Notes: generated from the sequence alone by a model not told the origin. DNA of 45,668 nt from Candidatus Woesearchaeota archaeon (GCA_016214025.1 JACRPH010000006.1:1-45668); one strand, 5' to 3'. Positions 8,071 to 19,600 are shown, numbered from the stretch's first letter. Program-made: numbers and translations.

Positions 8071-11000
8071 AGGCTTTCACACGGTCAATCAATTTAATAT
8101 ATAACTTGTTTAAATCTTCAAAACTTAAATTATATTTCTTAACATATCTTCGAATAAATTTTCTCAATGTTCTCTCTACATTCTTTTGTGCTGTTGGCTG
8201 TGAAATCCATCCACTAAACGTAACTTCTTTTAATTCTTCTGATAACTCTTTAATGTCGTTAGTAAAATCTTCTTCTTTGCTAAAGCAATCTTCTAGGACA
8301 AGAAGTAATGAATATTCTAGTTTGTTCAAACCTAATTCTTTTTGTCTTTGAGAAAGCTGCATAAATTCTTTAATTACTTTAATACCCTCCCTATATACTT
8401 TTTCATAATCTTTGGTTTTTTCTTTCCATAATTGCAGTAGTCTGAAAACTTTATCAGTTAAACTCTCTGAAACGGGATTTTTATGTTTATCAACAAGAAT
8501 AAATCGGTTAAGCGTAAAAACAATGTTCGCTGCTTTTTCTTCTTTGGTTTTAAAATGTTCTTCTAATTTTATAAAATAATCTTTATCAAACTCAATTAAT
8601 GGTAAAGATTTCTGAATTTCTTCAAGTTTGGTACTTTTATGAATAAACTTGATTGTTTTCTGAAAATATTTATTCACAAATCGATTATCTTGAGGTTGTT
8701 CTCTTAAAACCATCCTAGTATAATAGATATAAATTGCAGTTAGCCACTGGAAGTCAGAAAACTTCTCTGCTTTTATTGTATCTGGACCGAGTAATTCAAA
8801 TATTTTTTGAAGATGCTTATATTCCTCTACAAATTTCTTACTTTTTTCATCATCAGACGTCAATATCTCGATAGCTTTTAATAGGGTTTTGCGGTCGTAT
8901 TCATTCTTGGGAACGTCTTTAAACATCTCCAGTAATCCACTTAATATTCTGACAAAATCGTTTCTTAAATCATCCAAACTGAACAATGCTCCATTTATCT
9001 CCTCTTTGCTATAAATCTCAAATGCTCTCTTAAATTCTTTCAAAATTCCCATGTAATCAATAATTAAGCCCGCTTCCTTAACGTTTTTATAGGGCCTATT
9101 TGTTCTTGCAATTGCCTGAAGTAATCTATGCTCTTTTAGAGGCTTATCCAGATACATCGTCTGTAATACTGGAGCATCAAATCCAGTAAGAAGCATATCT
9201 GTTACAATAAGAATTTTAGGAAGTTCTTCCTCTTTATACTTTTCAATTACATCTTTCTTAATTTCCTCATAGTCTTTTCCATATTTAGCAGTTGATTCCT
9301 TAACATACCATTGAGTTATTTGAGGTTCTTTTCTCGTTAATCCGTAACTCATAACAATCTCAGAATATTGTGGAGGAAGATGTTTGTCTAATTCTTTTTT
9401 GTAGTTTACGCATGCTTCTCTATTCACAGCTACAACCATCGCTTTAAACTTTCCATTAACATTCTCTTTGAAATGCTCAGCAATATTTTCTGCTATTTTA
9501 GCAATTCTTTCTGGGTTTTCCAAATAGGCTTTCATCCAATTAATCTTTTTCTTCACACTTTCTTTAACATCTTCTCTAATATCTTCTGGAAGTTCGTCGT
9601 ATTCTATCTCTAAGAATGCATCCAGCATTTCTTTCTTCAAATGAACTTCTTTTTCTAATCTCGCTTGATAAGCAATTTTTACGGTAAAGCCGTCATTAAT
9701 AGAATCGGTAATGAAATACTTATCCAGATATTTTTCTTCAGGCGGATAGCTGAAAACTTCATAAGTATCTACTCCTAGTTTTGGCTTAGAGATGGGAGTT
9801 CCGGTAAATGCAAAGAAAAAAGTATTTCTTAATATGGAACGCATCTGTGCTGCAAGTGTTCCGTATTGTGTTCTGTGGCCCTCATCAATAAATGCTACAA
9901 CATTTCTTCGAGTGAGAATTGTTTCTTGCTTTTCAGACATCTTCTCAAGTTCTTTTCTTAAAGAATCTAACTCTTCTGGCCTAAACTTATGGATTAATGT
10001 AATAAAGATACCTCTTTTACCTTTCCCATTGCCATGTAGAATCATTCTTTGCATTTCATTAACCGAACTAATAATTTCAGGTAATGTTAAATCCAGAGCG
10101 GTGAATTCTTCATAAAGTTGTCTTTCTAAATCCTGCCTATCAATAATTAAAAATAGTGACGGATTTTCTAGTACTTCAGAGCGATAGAGCTTATTTGCTG
10201 CAAAAATCATTTCTAATGTTTTTCCTGATCCTTGCCAATGCCAGATTAACCCTTTGTCTTTCGGTTCTTTTCCTTTGATATGATTTACTACCCTACTCAC
10301 TACTTTGTTTACTGCCCTATATTGCATATATCTTGGCAGAACTTTGGTGGCTTCTCCAGATTCTATTCTATAAAAGAGGAAATTATTAATGATATCTAAC
10401 AATTGATGAGGAGTAAATAATTCAATGGTTGAATCTATTGAATCTTTCTCAAATTCTTTCCACTCGCTCGTCTTTACCTCTTCCTGCCATGGAATTATCG
10501 GAAAGTATTTCGCAATCTGCTCAGCAGCTACCCCAATTTGAACATACTTATATAATTCTGGAACATCTTGCTCATAGCTTTTGATTTGTTTGTAAGCATC
10601 AAACCAATTCTCGGAAAAACCCGCTGGATTTTTACATTCAATATCCACTAATGGAATTCCATTAACATAAAGTATGATGTCTGTTCTAATTTCTTTATTT
10701 CCTACGGTGTAAACTGCTTGTCTTGTTACAATAAATTCATTATTTTGGATGTTATGATGATCAAACAGTTTTATTTTTCGTAATGTCCTATCCTTTTCCA
10801 ACTTAATAGGAATTCCTTCTTTGAAGAATTGAAGAATCTGTTTAATTCCTTCTGGCGAACTTGGCTTGAATTTAAGTTCGTTTATTACAGTGTTGATATC
10901 CGCATCTGACATATCAACCAAGTTAATTTCCTTAATCTTTTGGATTAAATTTCTGAGGAGTAATGGTTCTTCAAAGCTGGCTCTATCTAGCTCTTTAGCC

Positions 11001-11080
11001 GGCACAAAAATCCAGCCTTTCTTTCCAAGCTGTTCAATAATGTAGTCTTCAACTACTGATTTTTCTGTGAAGCGGGGCAT
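8054..11080 (-). CDS. hsdR: Type I restriction enzyme, R subunit
   Basis: RTDIILYVNGIPLVDIECKNP nuclease motif, WHWQGSGKT, DEGHR, FTGTP, MLLTGFDAP, QAIARTNR. Confidence 0.96.
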   Translation of the reverse strand: MPRFTEKSVVEDYIIEQLGKKGWIFVPAKELDRASFEEPLLLRNLIQKIKEINLVDMSDADINTVINELKFKPSSPEGIKQILQFFKEGIPIKLEKDRTLRKIKLFDHHNIQNNEFIVTRQAVYTVGNKEIRTDIILYVNGIPLVDIECKNPAGFSENWFDAYKQIKSYEQDVPELYKYVQIGVAAEQIAKYFPIIPWQEEVKTSEWKEFEKDSIDSTIELFTPHQLLDIINNFLFYRIESGEATKVLPRYMQYRAVNKVVSRVVNHIKGKEPKDKGLIWHWQGSGKTLEMIFAANKLYRSEVLENPSLFLIIDRQDLERQLYEEFTALDLTLPEIISSVNEMQRMILHGNGKGKRGIFITLIHKFRPEELDSLRKELEKMSEKQETILTRRNVVAFIDEGHRTQYGTLAAQMRSILRNTFFFAFTGTPISKPKLGVDTYEVFSYPPEEKYLDKYFITDSINDGFTVKIAYQARLEKEVHLKKEMLDAFLEIEYDELPEDIREDVKESVKKKINWMKAYLENPERIAKIAENIAEHFKENVNGKFKAMVVAVNREACVNYKKELDKHLPPQYSEIVMSYGLTRKEPQITQWYVKESTAKYGKDYEEIKKDVIEKYKEEELPKILIVTDMLLTGFDAPVLQTMYLDKPLKEHRLLQAIARTNRPYKNVKEAGLIIDYMGILKEFKRAFEIYSKEEINGALFSLDDLRNDFVRILSGLLEMFKDVPKNEYDRKTLLKAIEILTSDDEKSKKFVEEYKHLQKIFELLGPDTIKAEKFSDFQWLTAIYIYYTRMVLREQPQDNRFVNKYFQKTIKFIHKSTKLEEIQKSLPLIEFDKDYFIKLEEHFKTKEEKAANIVFTLNRFILVDKHKNPVSESLTDKVFRLLQLWKEKTKDYEKVYREGIKVIKEFMQLSQRQKELGLNKLEYSLLLVLEDCFSKEEDFTNDIKELSEELKEVTFSGWISQPTAQKNVERTLRKFIRRYVKKYNLSFEDLNKLYIKLIDRVKAYAQEN

Positions 11081-11081
11081 T

Positions 11082-11663
11082 TTATTTTTCAATCACCCAG
11101 TATCTTGTTCTGCCGTCAATAAACCGTTCCATTAACTCTTTGTTTATCTCTTCTATCTCAAAATAATTAGGATCAAAATCCTCACCCAGCCATTCTTTAA
11201 TTAACTCTTTATATTCTGGATGATTCTTATTCCGGCGAACATGAAGAAGTCGGTAATACCCCCCAATCCCCCCGCAATCATCAGGCGGACAGGATAATTT
11301 TCCTTTAATACATACTGGATGAGGAAGCCCCATTTCATTTGGTTCTATTTTTTCTACGATGATCTGATGCTCCCAACAGTCACCAAAATCGTAGGTATAG
11401 TCAAACTTTTGGCTCGGCTTTAATGTACTAATCCTGATTTTTCTTGAATCCATTAACTTATCATCCCAATCAAAATATTTGGGGACTGATAGCCGCTGTC
11501 CATCAACCTGAAAGTCATACAAATGGGAATTCGTCCATCCCATCACTACCTGAAATATTTCATGGAGTTTATGAAATGAGATATTATCTTTTATTTTTAT
11601 TCTTCTCCAGATGGGCGGTTGAGAATCCCGCAAGGTTATTTTTAATTGCATTATGTTTGGCAT
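11082..11663 (-). CDS. Plasmid pRiA4b ORF-3 family protein
   Basis: PPIWRRI, LHEIFQVVMGWTNSHLYDF, YTYDFGDCWEH, CPPDDCGGIGGY. Confidence 0.9.
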   Translation of the reverse strand: MPNIMQLKITLRDSQPPIWRRIKIKDNISFHKLHEIFQVVMGWTNSHLYDFQVDGQRLSVPKYFDWDDKLMDSRKIRISTLKPSQKFDYTYDFGDCWEHQIIVEKIEPNEMGLPHPVCIKGKLSCPPDDCGGIGGYYRLLHVRRNKNHPEYKELIKEWLGEDFDPNYFEIEEINKELMERFIDGRTRYWVIEK

Positions 11664-11764
11664 TATTGATACCCCCCTTTTTTAGCATCTTGAATGAATT
11701 GGTCAATGTCTTTATCCAGCGTTTCTTCAGTTAACTTGTAAGCATACTTTTTGATTATTTTCAT
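11663..11764 (-). CDS. 33-aa small ORF or gene fragment (MKIIKKYAYKLTEETLDKDIDQFIQDAKKGGYQ)
   Basis: Manual translation. It fills the gap exactly, starting 2 nt after the upstream stop, and its TAA overlaps the next ATG (TAATG). Confidence 0.45.
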   Translation of the reverse strand: MKIIKKYAYKLTEETLDKDIDQFIQDAKKGGYQ

Positions 11765-11766
11765 TT

Positions 11767-12420
11767 TTATTTTATAAATTCGCAAATGGAACTTCCATTT
11801 AATTTTTCTATGCTTTGTACAAACTCAATTTCTTTTTTGAGTTCCTCTTTAACTTTCTGGATTTCACTTTTCACTGATCTTAATTCTTTACTCACAGGTT
11901 TGTTTAATGTTCTATCAAGTTCTTTACTCAGTTCATCCAACTTCTCTTTACTCCCTTTTGCGATTATAAACCCAGGACATCTTAACTCATCATTTTCAAT
12001 TCTTGGTTTAAAATATTCTCGCTCTGGCTCAAACAAATAAAATTCAAAATGAGGGTAAACTTCTTTTAACTTGAACCGATCTTTAAATTGGGCAATTAAA
12101 CTATTTAATATTTCTTTTTTGCTATCTTCTAAAGAACGAAGTTTTTTATTAAACTCTATTAGTGTTGGAAAATGATTATTTAAATCCTCAAACAACGATT
12201 TGTTTACTAAAATAGGTTCTAAGTTGTCATTTTCTGACCACGGCTTTAACACTTCCTGTTTTATTCTATTTAAGTGTTCTTTTTTTCTCTCTTCTCCTTC
12301 TTTTCTTCTGAAAATTAAGATGCTTCCATAAACTGCTATAAAAGTCCCAATTATAGTTATCAGTAATTGAATAATTGAATGTGTGATATCGAGAGTATTT
12401 GAAATCGTAATATTAACCAT
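11767..12420 (-). CDS. Hypothetical protein with one N-terminal TM helix and coiled coils
   Basis: IIQLLITIIGTFIAVYGSILIF followed by a basic stretch. ATG at 12420 follows the hsdS stop. Confidence 0.7.
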   Translation of the reverse strand: MVNITISNTLDITHSIIQLLITIIGTFIAVYGSILIFRRKEGEERKKEHLNRIKQEVLKPWSENDNLEPILVNKSLFEDLNNHFPTLIEFNKKLRSLEDSKKEILNSLIAQFKDRFKLKEVYPHFEFYLFEPEREYFKPRIENDELRCPGFIIAKGSKEKLDELSKELDRTLNKPVSKELRSVKSEIQKVKEELKKEIEFVQSIEKLNGSSICEFIK

Positions 12421-12421
12421 T

Positions 12422-13592
12422 TTAGCTCGCCACATTAACTCGTTTCTTACCTGTTAAGAGATCATTCATCAATCCATGTTTTATTTTTTCCAATTTTTGT
12501 TTTTTTGTTTTTTGAAGAGAAAGTTTTTTGTCAAAAAAAAGATTTATCTCAGAAATTTTTATTTGTTCTTGTAGAGGTGGAGTCTTAATTAAAAATTTTT
12601 GTAAGTTTGTTGCATTAATATTTGCCTGTGAGACTGCCCTACTAGCAAGCTTTCTAATCTCTGAATTAAAATGTATCAGGAGATAAGTTAAAAATGATGA
12701 GTAAATACATTCACTTTTTACTCTTAATCTAATTAAGTACGAAGCAAATACACAATCTTTTTCGGATAAAAAAATTCCAGTTCTACCAACTAATTCGTAG
12801 CTATTCGTTCGATTAAATAGAATGTCTCCTGATTTTAGTTTAAAATTATTAAATGTTTTTTCATCCAAATCAATTCGCTTAGCATTCTTTAATATTACTT
12901 CTCCATTTTCTATATTATCCATTTTAACAATAGGATACTTACCAATATCACTTAGCTTAGTAGATAAACCATATTGACACATTTCTAAGACATCGCCAAG
13001 CTTTTTTACTTCCCATACCTCAGGTATCTTTCCAATGTCCGTCTCTTTAAACTCTTTATGTCCTATTCCTTTGGTTAATAATTTCTGCATTACTCCACTT
13101 TTTAACCTTTCAGTCTTCTCAATCTGCCTATCAACACTCTGAATCGCTTCATCAACAGTAGAAAGAACTTCGGCGATGGCTTTTTGTTCCTACATGAGGG
13201 ATACCAGTACCTTTGGTTTGTCCTCTTAAATACCCCTCTTTTGTTTTTAAAACATAAAATAAATAGCTCTGGTCAATATCTCTTTTGAGAGAGAATTTAA
13301 CCATTGTTGAGGATAATATACCTTTTTTACCAATAAAAAATTCACCTGCATTTGATCCGTCCCATAATAAAATTAATTCGCCGGTATCTACAATAACTTC
13401 GTAGCCAGAGACTTTACAGAAAATAGTTTTTCCATTATTTCTTAGATATTCTGTTGATAAATAGGGGAGATAACTATTAATGGGTGATTCACTAGTTACT
13501 CTTGGTTTCTTTCCTTTTGTATAATTCAAAAGCTCATCTATCTCAACAACTTCCCAATCTTCCGGGATTTTTCCTATTTCAGTTTGTTTCAT
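12422..13592 (-). pseudogene. hsdS: Type I RM specificity subunit, split by a frameshifting deletion at ~13190 (real or assembly artefact)
   Basis: Repeats KQTEIGKIPEDWEV / KETDIGKIPEVWEV, two TRDs, C-terminal LMNDLLTGKKRV. GTGIPHV jumps frame to EQKAIAEVL, and the expected ..IPLPPL.. segment is missing. Confidence 0.88.
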
Positions 13593-14594
13593 CTTTTCTG
13601 CCTAACTCGAAGAACTCCTGCAATTTTTGTTGCAACAATTTTCTAGGGATGAGCTTTGTTTTATACTCAGAAATCAATGCTGGGGACATATTTCTCTTTA
13701 ACGCATATTCAACTACTTCTTTGTCCTTACTTTTGCACAAAATTATTCCTCTTTGTCTAATGCTTCAAGGTAAAAGTTCATTTTTCCAAGGTATTCTGGC
13801 TTGAAACCATCTATTTTTAACTCAAAAGCAACCAAGCATCTCAATTCTCTATGATAAAACAAGAGATCAACAAAAAAATCATTATTACCTATTTGCAGCC
13901 TGTATTCTTCACCTACAAAAGCAAAATCTTTGCCGAACTCTAAAACAAACTTTTTAAAATTGTGAATTAGAGAATTTCTTAAGTCCGACTCATCGAATAC
14001 CTCAGGTAAATTAAGAAATTCAAGAACATACGTTTCTTTAAAGTAAGGTAGGCCTTCTTTGTCAGAGTGTGACAACATTGGTGACACTTTTTTACTAATT
14101 ATGGCTCTTTCATAATAGCTACTGTCAATTTGGCGCTCTAACTCTCTTTTAGAATACTTCTCTATTATTGCTAGCCTTAAATAGAATTCCCTCTCTTCGG
14201 AGCTTTTCGATTTTGAGATGATAGCTAAATGATGCGACCAGCTAATTTGTGACAACAGTGGCGACACAATTTGGTTGTTCTTGTACGTATCATAAAACTG
14301 TCGCATCCGATAAAGATTTCTTCGAGTATATCCCTTTAAATCGGGGTGCCTGTTAGCAATATATGCTGCCAGCTTGTCAACCACAAAATCTCCCCATTCA
14401 GCATTTTGAATCTTTGTGCTGATGTACTCTCCAATTTTCCAATAAAGAGTTATAAGCTCATTATTGACAGATTTTAATGCTTTAATTCTGGCTTTTTTGA
14501 TAAAGTCAACTATTTCGATGAAGTGATTTTCAAATTTAATAGTACTAATTTGTCCTATTTCAGTTTGGTTGTGTTTTTTCTTACTGATTGTCAT
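13579..14594 (-). pseudogene. YhcG/DUF1016 PD-(D/E)xK nuclease family protein, frameshifted at ~13748
   Basis: LYWKIGEYI, NLYRMRQFY, ISWSHH, GKDFAFVGEEY, VDLLFYHRELRCLVAFELK. The C-terminus IILCKSKDKEVVEYAL...ETN* continues in another frame to 13579. Confidence 0.85.
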
Positions 14595-14623
14595 AGTAGC
14601 CCTACTGATAGTTTTATTGATAT

Positions 14624-14742
14624 AGTAAGTGACATTAATTTTTATACGTCGTGTCACTTACTTATTACGAGATGACATACTATTTTGTATAGTTGTCATC
14701 AGACAACTCACGAATGAAGTGACTTGAATTATTTATGTCATC
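14624..14742. repeat. Cluster of inverted repeats built on TGACA/TGTCA between hsdM and yhcG
   Basis: AGTAAGTGACA 14624-34 / TGTCACTTACT 14652-62. GATGACATA 14671-79 pairs with TGTCATC 14694-700 or TATGTCATC 14734-42. Confidence 0.65.
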
Positions 14743-14757
14743 GAGTATAGTTCCATT

Positions 14758-16524
14758 TTAACCTATCTCCTTCAAATATCCCTCAATCTTTTTATCCACC
14801 TCTTTTTCTTGATTTTCCAACTCTTTTAGTCCTTCCCATTCTTTCATAATATCAATATCTTCAATTTCATCTTCCGGGTAAACATAAAGAGTAATATTCA
14901 GGTTATAGTCATTTTTCCTAATTTCATCCAACTTAACAATTCTGGAGAAACCTTCTTCTTCCTTCCAGGCATGGTAAGTATCGGATATTTTCTTGGTATT
15001 TTCATCGCTTAACCAGTTTAACTTGCGTACGTCTGGATGCTTTTCAAATTCAGTTGAAGCATTAATGAACAATATTTCATTTTTGTGCTTCTTTTTCTTA
15101 TTGAATATCAAAATTGCGCCAGGTGCTCCTGTATTGTAAAACAATTTCTCAGGTAACAATATTATAGCCTCAATTAAATCACCTTGTAGATTTGCATCTC
15201 CATCAATTACTTTCATTCGCACTGCTCTTTCTTTTCCACCCCTAAACAAACAACCATTATCTATAACAATACCAACTTTTTCTTTAGACGAAGCAAGCAT
15301 ATGCTGAATCCAAGCCAAGTCAGCCGATTGCTTAGGTACAAAACCATAGGCAAATCTTTTCTTCCAGAATTCTCCTTTCTTGAGAACTAATTCATCATAA
15401 CCATCTTGATTCCAGGGAGGATTGGCAATGACAATATCAAACTGCTGAACGTTCTCTCCTTCCTTGAATTTAGGGTATAATAATGTATCGCCATAAGCCA
15501 GTTTAGCATTTCTAATATCATGGATATACATATTCATTCTACCAAAAGCAAGTGTTTTATGGTTTGCTTCTTGCCCATAAAGAAATAATTTATCTGCTTC
15601 TTTCTTCCCTTTTGATTCTTTAACATGTTCATAAGAAATAATCAGCATTCCATTACTGGCACTGGCGGGATCATAAACACTTTGCCCTGGTTTGGGATCA
15701 AGTATTTCGACGAGTAATTTAATAACTTCTCGTGGAGTATAAACTTCTCCTTCCTTGGCTTTATCAGGAGCAAAATATCTCAAAACCCATTCATAAGCAT
15801 CTCCTAAAATATCAGCAGAAACATGATTAAGCTTCTTTTCACTGAATAACTCTACTAACTGCCGAAGAATTTCTGCATTCTCTCTATTAGTCGTGAACTG
15901 AATAAAATCAACATTGTCAAGTACATCTTTTAACTCTTGATTTTTCTCGGCCAGAACCTTCAAAGCTTGAGAAAACTTTTCGGGAAGTTTCGTAACATCT
16001 TTACGAATATTTTCCCATAAGTATTCCATAGGAATAATAAAATCATGGTAAGCGGCATTTCTTGCTTCTTCTTCAGCTTCTATTTCACTGAATTCATCAT
16101 GAATTGCTTCATCATATGCTTTTTCATATTCTGCTTCCCATTTGTCGCTAATCCTCTTATAGAATAATAAAATCAGAATAAACTTATAATCAACTCTAGT
16201 TCTAATTAAATCGGCAGCTTTCTTAAGAATCCCCTCAATATCAGAACGAGATAGTTTTTCAACATCAAAAACACTCTTAATTATCTCCTCTTTACTTTTC
16301 AAACAATAAATACTCTTCCTAGCATCTTCAGGATCTGGCTGAAGCTCAAGCCAACCAGCTTTCCTTAATTCAGAAAGCACAACTGCCACACCTTTAACCT
16401 TATCAACATCACTCAATCGCAAGATACTTTTTGCCTGTTCCATCGTAAATGTAGAGGCATTCAGCTTATCAAAGAGTAATAAATACTTATTCTCTAACCA
16501 CGGTGGAAGTTTTATTTGGACCAT
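14758..16524 (-). CDS. hsdM: Type I RM methyltransferase (m6A) with an extra N-terminal winged-HTH domain
   Basis: ILKKAADLIR, GEVYTPREV, VYDPASASNG, YGQE, ANPPW. The first ~90 aa resemble a wHTH (VLSELRKAGWLELQPDPEDARKSIYCL). Confidence 0.95.
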   Translation of the reverse strand: MVQIKLPPWLENKYLLLFDKLNASTFTMEQAKSILRLSDVDKVKGVAVVLSELRKAGWLELQPDPEDARKSIYCLKSKEEIIKSVFDVEKLSRSDIEGILKKAADLIRTRVDYKFILILLFYKRISDKWEAEYEKAYDEAIHDEFSEIEAEEEARNAAYHDFIIPMEYLWENIRKDVTKLPEKFSQALKVLAEKNQELKDVLDNVDFIQFTTNRENAEILRQLVELFSEKKLNHVSADILGDAYEWVLRYFAPDKAKEGEVYTPREVIKLLVEILDPKPGQSVYDPASASNGMLIISYEHVKESKGKKEADKLFLYGQEANHKTLAFGRMNMYIHDIRNAKLAYGDTLLYPKFKEGENVQQFDIVIANPPWNQDGYDELVLKKGEFWKKRFAYGFVPKQSADLAWIQHMLASSKEKVGIVIDNGCLFRGGKERAVRMKVIDGDANLQGDLIEAIILLPEKLFYNTGAPGAILIFNKKKKHKNEILFINASTEFEKHPDVRKLNWLSDENTKKISDTYHAWKEEEGFSRIVKLDEIRKNDYNLNITLYVYPEDEIEDIDIMKEWEGLKELENQEKEVDKKIEGYLKEIG

Positions 16525-16666
16525 TTTGTAGCTATAAAACACAACTACTATTTAAATGTTACTAATTAAATAAGTGTATTTTGTAAAGTACTTATCTAAT
16601 TTTAATAGCAACCCCTCTATGAAACTAAAAATTCCGTTTGGGTAGAGAAACAGCGATTGCATACGT

Positions 16667-19600
16667 TTATGGGAAAGGATAGGCATTCTTCCGGTGTTTA
16701 CTCGCTTTTTTCTTTCTGCGATGCATTTTCACTAGGACCAACACCAAACCAATAACTATTACCACCTCTAAAACATACTTCCAGGTGATCCATTGGGTAA
16801 TGCTTTTCCAAGAAGAGGTATTCTTGTCAGCTGAGCCTAACGCTTCATTTACAGTTAAAGGGGTTATGCCGATTTTGAATTCTGTAGAAGTATTGGAAGC
16901 ATTAATTGCGTCTAACGCTGATGAAGCCACGCTTTCATTAACTTTTTCTTCTACTGCCACTTTCTGTTCCGGTATCGCTTCATGAATCTTTTGAATGGTA
17001 AGGTTTGCTTTAACTGCAGTGATGTTTATGCTATTTAATTTTGCTTTTATATCATAATAACTGTCATCATCCAGCTCAAATTTCATCTCTTCTCCAATGG
17101 ATAATAATACTTTGTAAACTTTGCTGGTCACATTGAAGCTGGCTGATACCGAAGTCATGCTTTCCATAGTTAGATAATGCTCTTCGTTACTAATAGAAAA
17201 TTTCATCTTGTCGCCTTTGCTTAAAGTGTTGGTGTATCCGGTAGCTAATTGGGCATCATTGATTACATACGTTGTTCCTCCAGTTCCGCCTCCGCCACCC
17301 CCGCCGCCTCCGCCGGAGCTGCTAGGTGAGCTGGGGCAGGCACTGCACGAGCCGCCGCAATCTGTTCCTGCTTCATTTCCATTTTGGATGCTATCTGAAC
17401 ATGAAGTAACGCTGAAATTATAAGTTGAAGAATTGGTGTGCGTAGTAGTGAAATTGTCAGTATAATTTAAAGTGAAATTGTACGAGCCAACCGTTAAATC
17501 ACTTATGCTCCAATTACAGTTCCAGGTGGTATTGGTTGTGGTGCAGCTTCCGTTGAAGAGAGTTCCATTGAAATCCAGAGTAAAGTTAGATATTCCAGAA
17601 TAGTCGTGAGTGGTGCTATTTATACTTAAAGTGCTTCCATCTTGCTGCAGGTGTAATTCGGTGTCGTAAGTTGGAGATGAAATAGTGGGTGGTTTAGTGT
17701 CATTAATAATTACAGTTATGTTGGTTAAATTTGAACTGTAACCATCAGAGACGTTTAGAATAACGATGAAGCTTCCTGTTGAATTAAATGAGTGAGTTGT
17801 GTTTTGTTCGGTAACTAAAGAAGTATTATCACTGAAGTTCCAGTAGTAAGTTAAAGTATCGTTGTCTAAATCAGTAGCAGTAGCATTAAAAGAGGTGGAG
17901 TTGCCTACTTCAATTACAGAATTGTTAATCGGAGCAGTAATGTTCAGGGCAAATGGAATTCTATTTTGTACCGTAAAATTGTAAGTGGCAGATGTGTTGA
18001 TGTTTCCAGCCAAATCCGCGGCATTAAACTTGTACGCGATATTTCTCTGATTAGTTAGATTGGATGTGCCAGTTAAAGTGAAGTTAAAAGTGATATTATT
18101 TTCATTATTCATAGAATAGTTAGTCCAGTTAGTGGAGAAGTTTGATTCAAAATAAACTGCGGAGGTGTTTAGGGCATAATTGTCGGTTACGTTTATTCTA
18201 AAAGTGATGGAATCATTGTTGTAAACGGTGCTAGGGTGGAGGCTGAGGTTTATTATGCTGGCAGCAGTTTTGTCTACGGTAAATATTACTGATGAGGTAG
18301 CAGAATTGCCTAAAGTATCATTGACGAATACAGTTAGGGTGTAGTTTCCATCGGAGAAGGTGGAGTTGGATAAATTAACTAAATCCGTCCAAGTAAAGCT
18401 GGTGGCGAGTATCGAATTATTAGTGTTAGTTTGTAGAGTTGTATTGGTAGAGTTGATAATAGAATAATTGGAAAAAGATAATTGTAAATTGGTGAGAGAG
18501 ACATTTAGATTTAAGGCTTGTCGATAGTAAGAAAGGTTAGTCGGAGTGTAAAAAGTAATATTCGGTGCAGTCTGGTCTACGACGATTAATCTGGTTTCGC
18601 TTACTCCAAACGTTCCGGCTGAATCATTCCCATATACTCTGTAAGTGTAATTAGTTGTGGTTAACCCAGTCATGTTGTAATAGAAGCTAGTAGCATTGCT
18701 GGAATTCATGGTAAAATTAGCCGGTGTTCCATTATTCCATTCCAGTAACGCTGTAGAAAGATTTACGTCAGAAGTTATGTTTATCAAAGTGTAAGTTGCA
18801 GTGATAGTGGTAGCATTGGCTGGGCTGGAAGAGGTGAAGTTGATGAATGGCTGGATGGCGGCAAGGATATCAATTCTAGGGAAAGTAATCCCATTTCGTG
18901 TATCGTTTATTCTTACCCCCGTAATTTTCAATTTGTTTTCTATTTGCTGTGGAGTGATGTTAATATTATATGCTGCTTTCCAGTACTGTTTCAGCAATGC
19001 TGCAGCTCCGGCTACGTGGGGGGCAGCCATGGATGTGCCGCCTTCAGTGCCATAAGTATTACTTAGAACTGTTGAGTATATCTGCGCACCAGGAGCAAGC
19101 AAATCTAATATATTTCCAGAGTTAGTAAAACATGAGATTTGATCTGCTGCAGTTGAACCATCTGTGCAAGCACTCCAAGCAGCAATTCCAACATTTGCAT
19201 CATATACTGATCCAACCGAAGTAACATTTGAAGCACATGCTGGTGAGCCTATCCCTGAACTATTTGCGGCATTTCCAGCAGCAACATCAACAAAAATTCC
19301 TTGGCTCGCAGCATAATTAGTGGCATTAGCTAGTGGACGATCATCACAGTAAGAAGTAGAGATAAATTCGTAGGGACACCCCTGTGTTGGATGGCATTCT
19401 CCTAAGCTCAGAGTTATTACAGAAATGTTAAACAAAGTTTTATTACTTACGCACCAATCTATTCCCGCAATAGCATCATCAGTACTACCTGAACCATTAT
19501 TTGCAAACACTTTCAAAGCCACAATTTTTGCTCCGGGTGCGACTCCTCGATAAGTATTATTTTCAGAAGCAATAATTCCTGCTACATGTGTACCATGACT

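Noticed and set aside
17275-17330. GC-rich CCG/CCT repeat
   Set aside because: It encodes the Ser/Gly linker of S8 #2, an ordinary low-complexity coding sequence.
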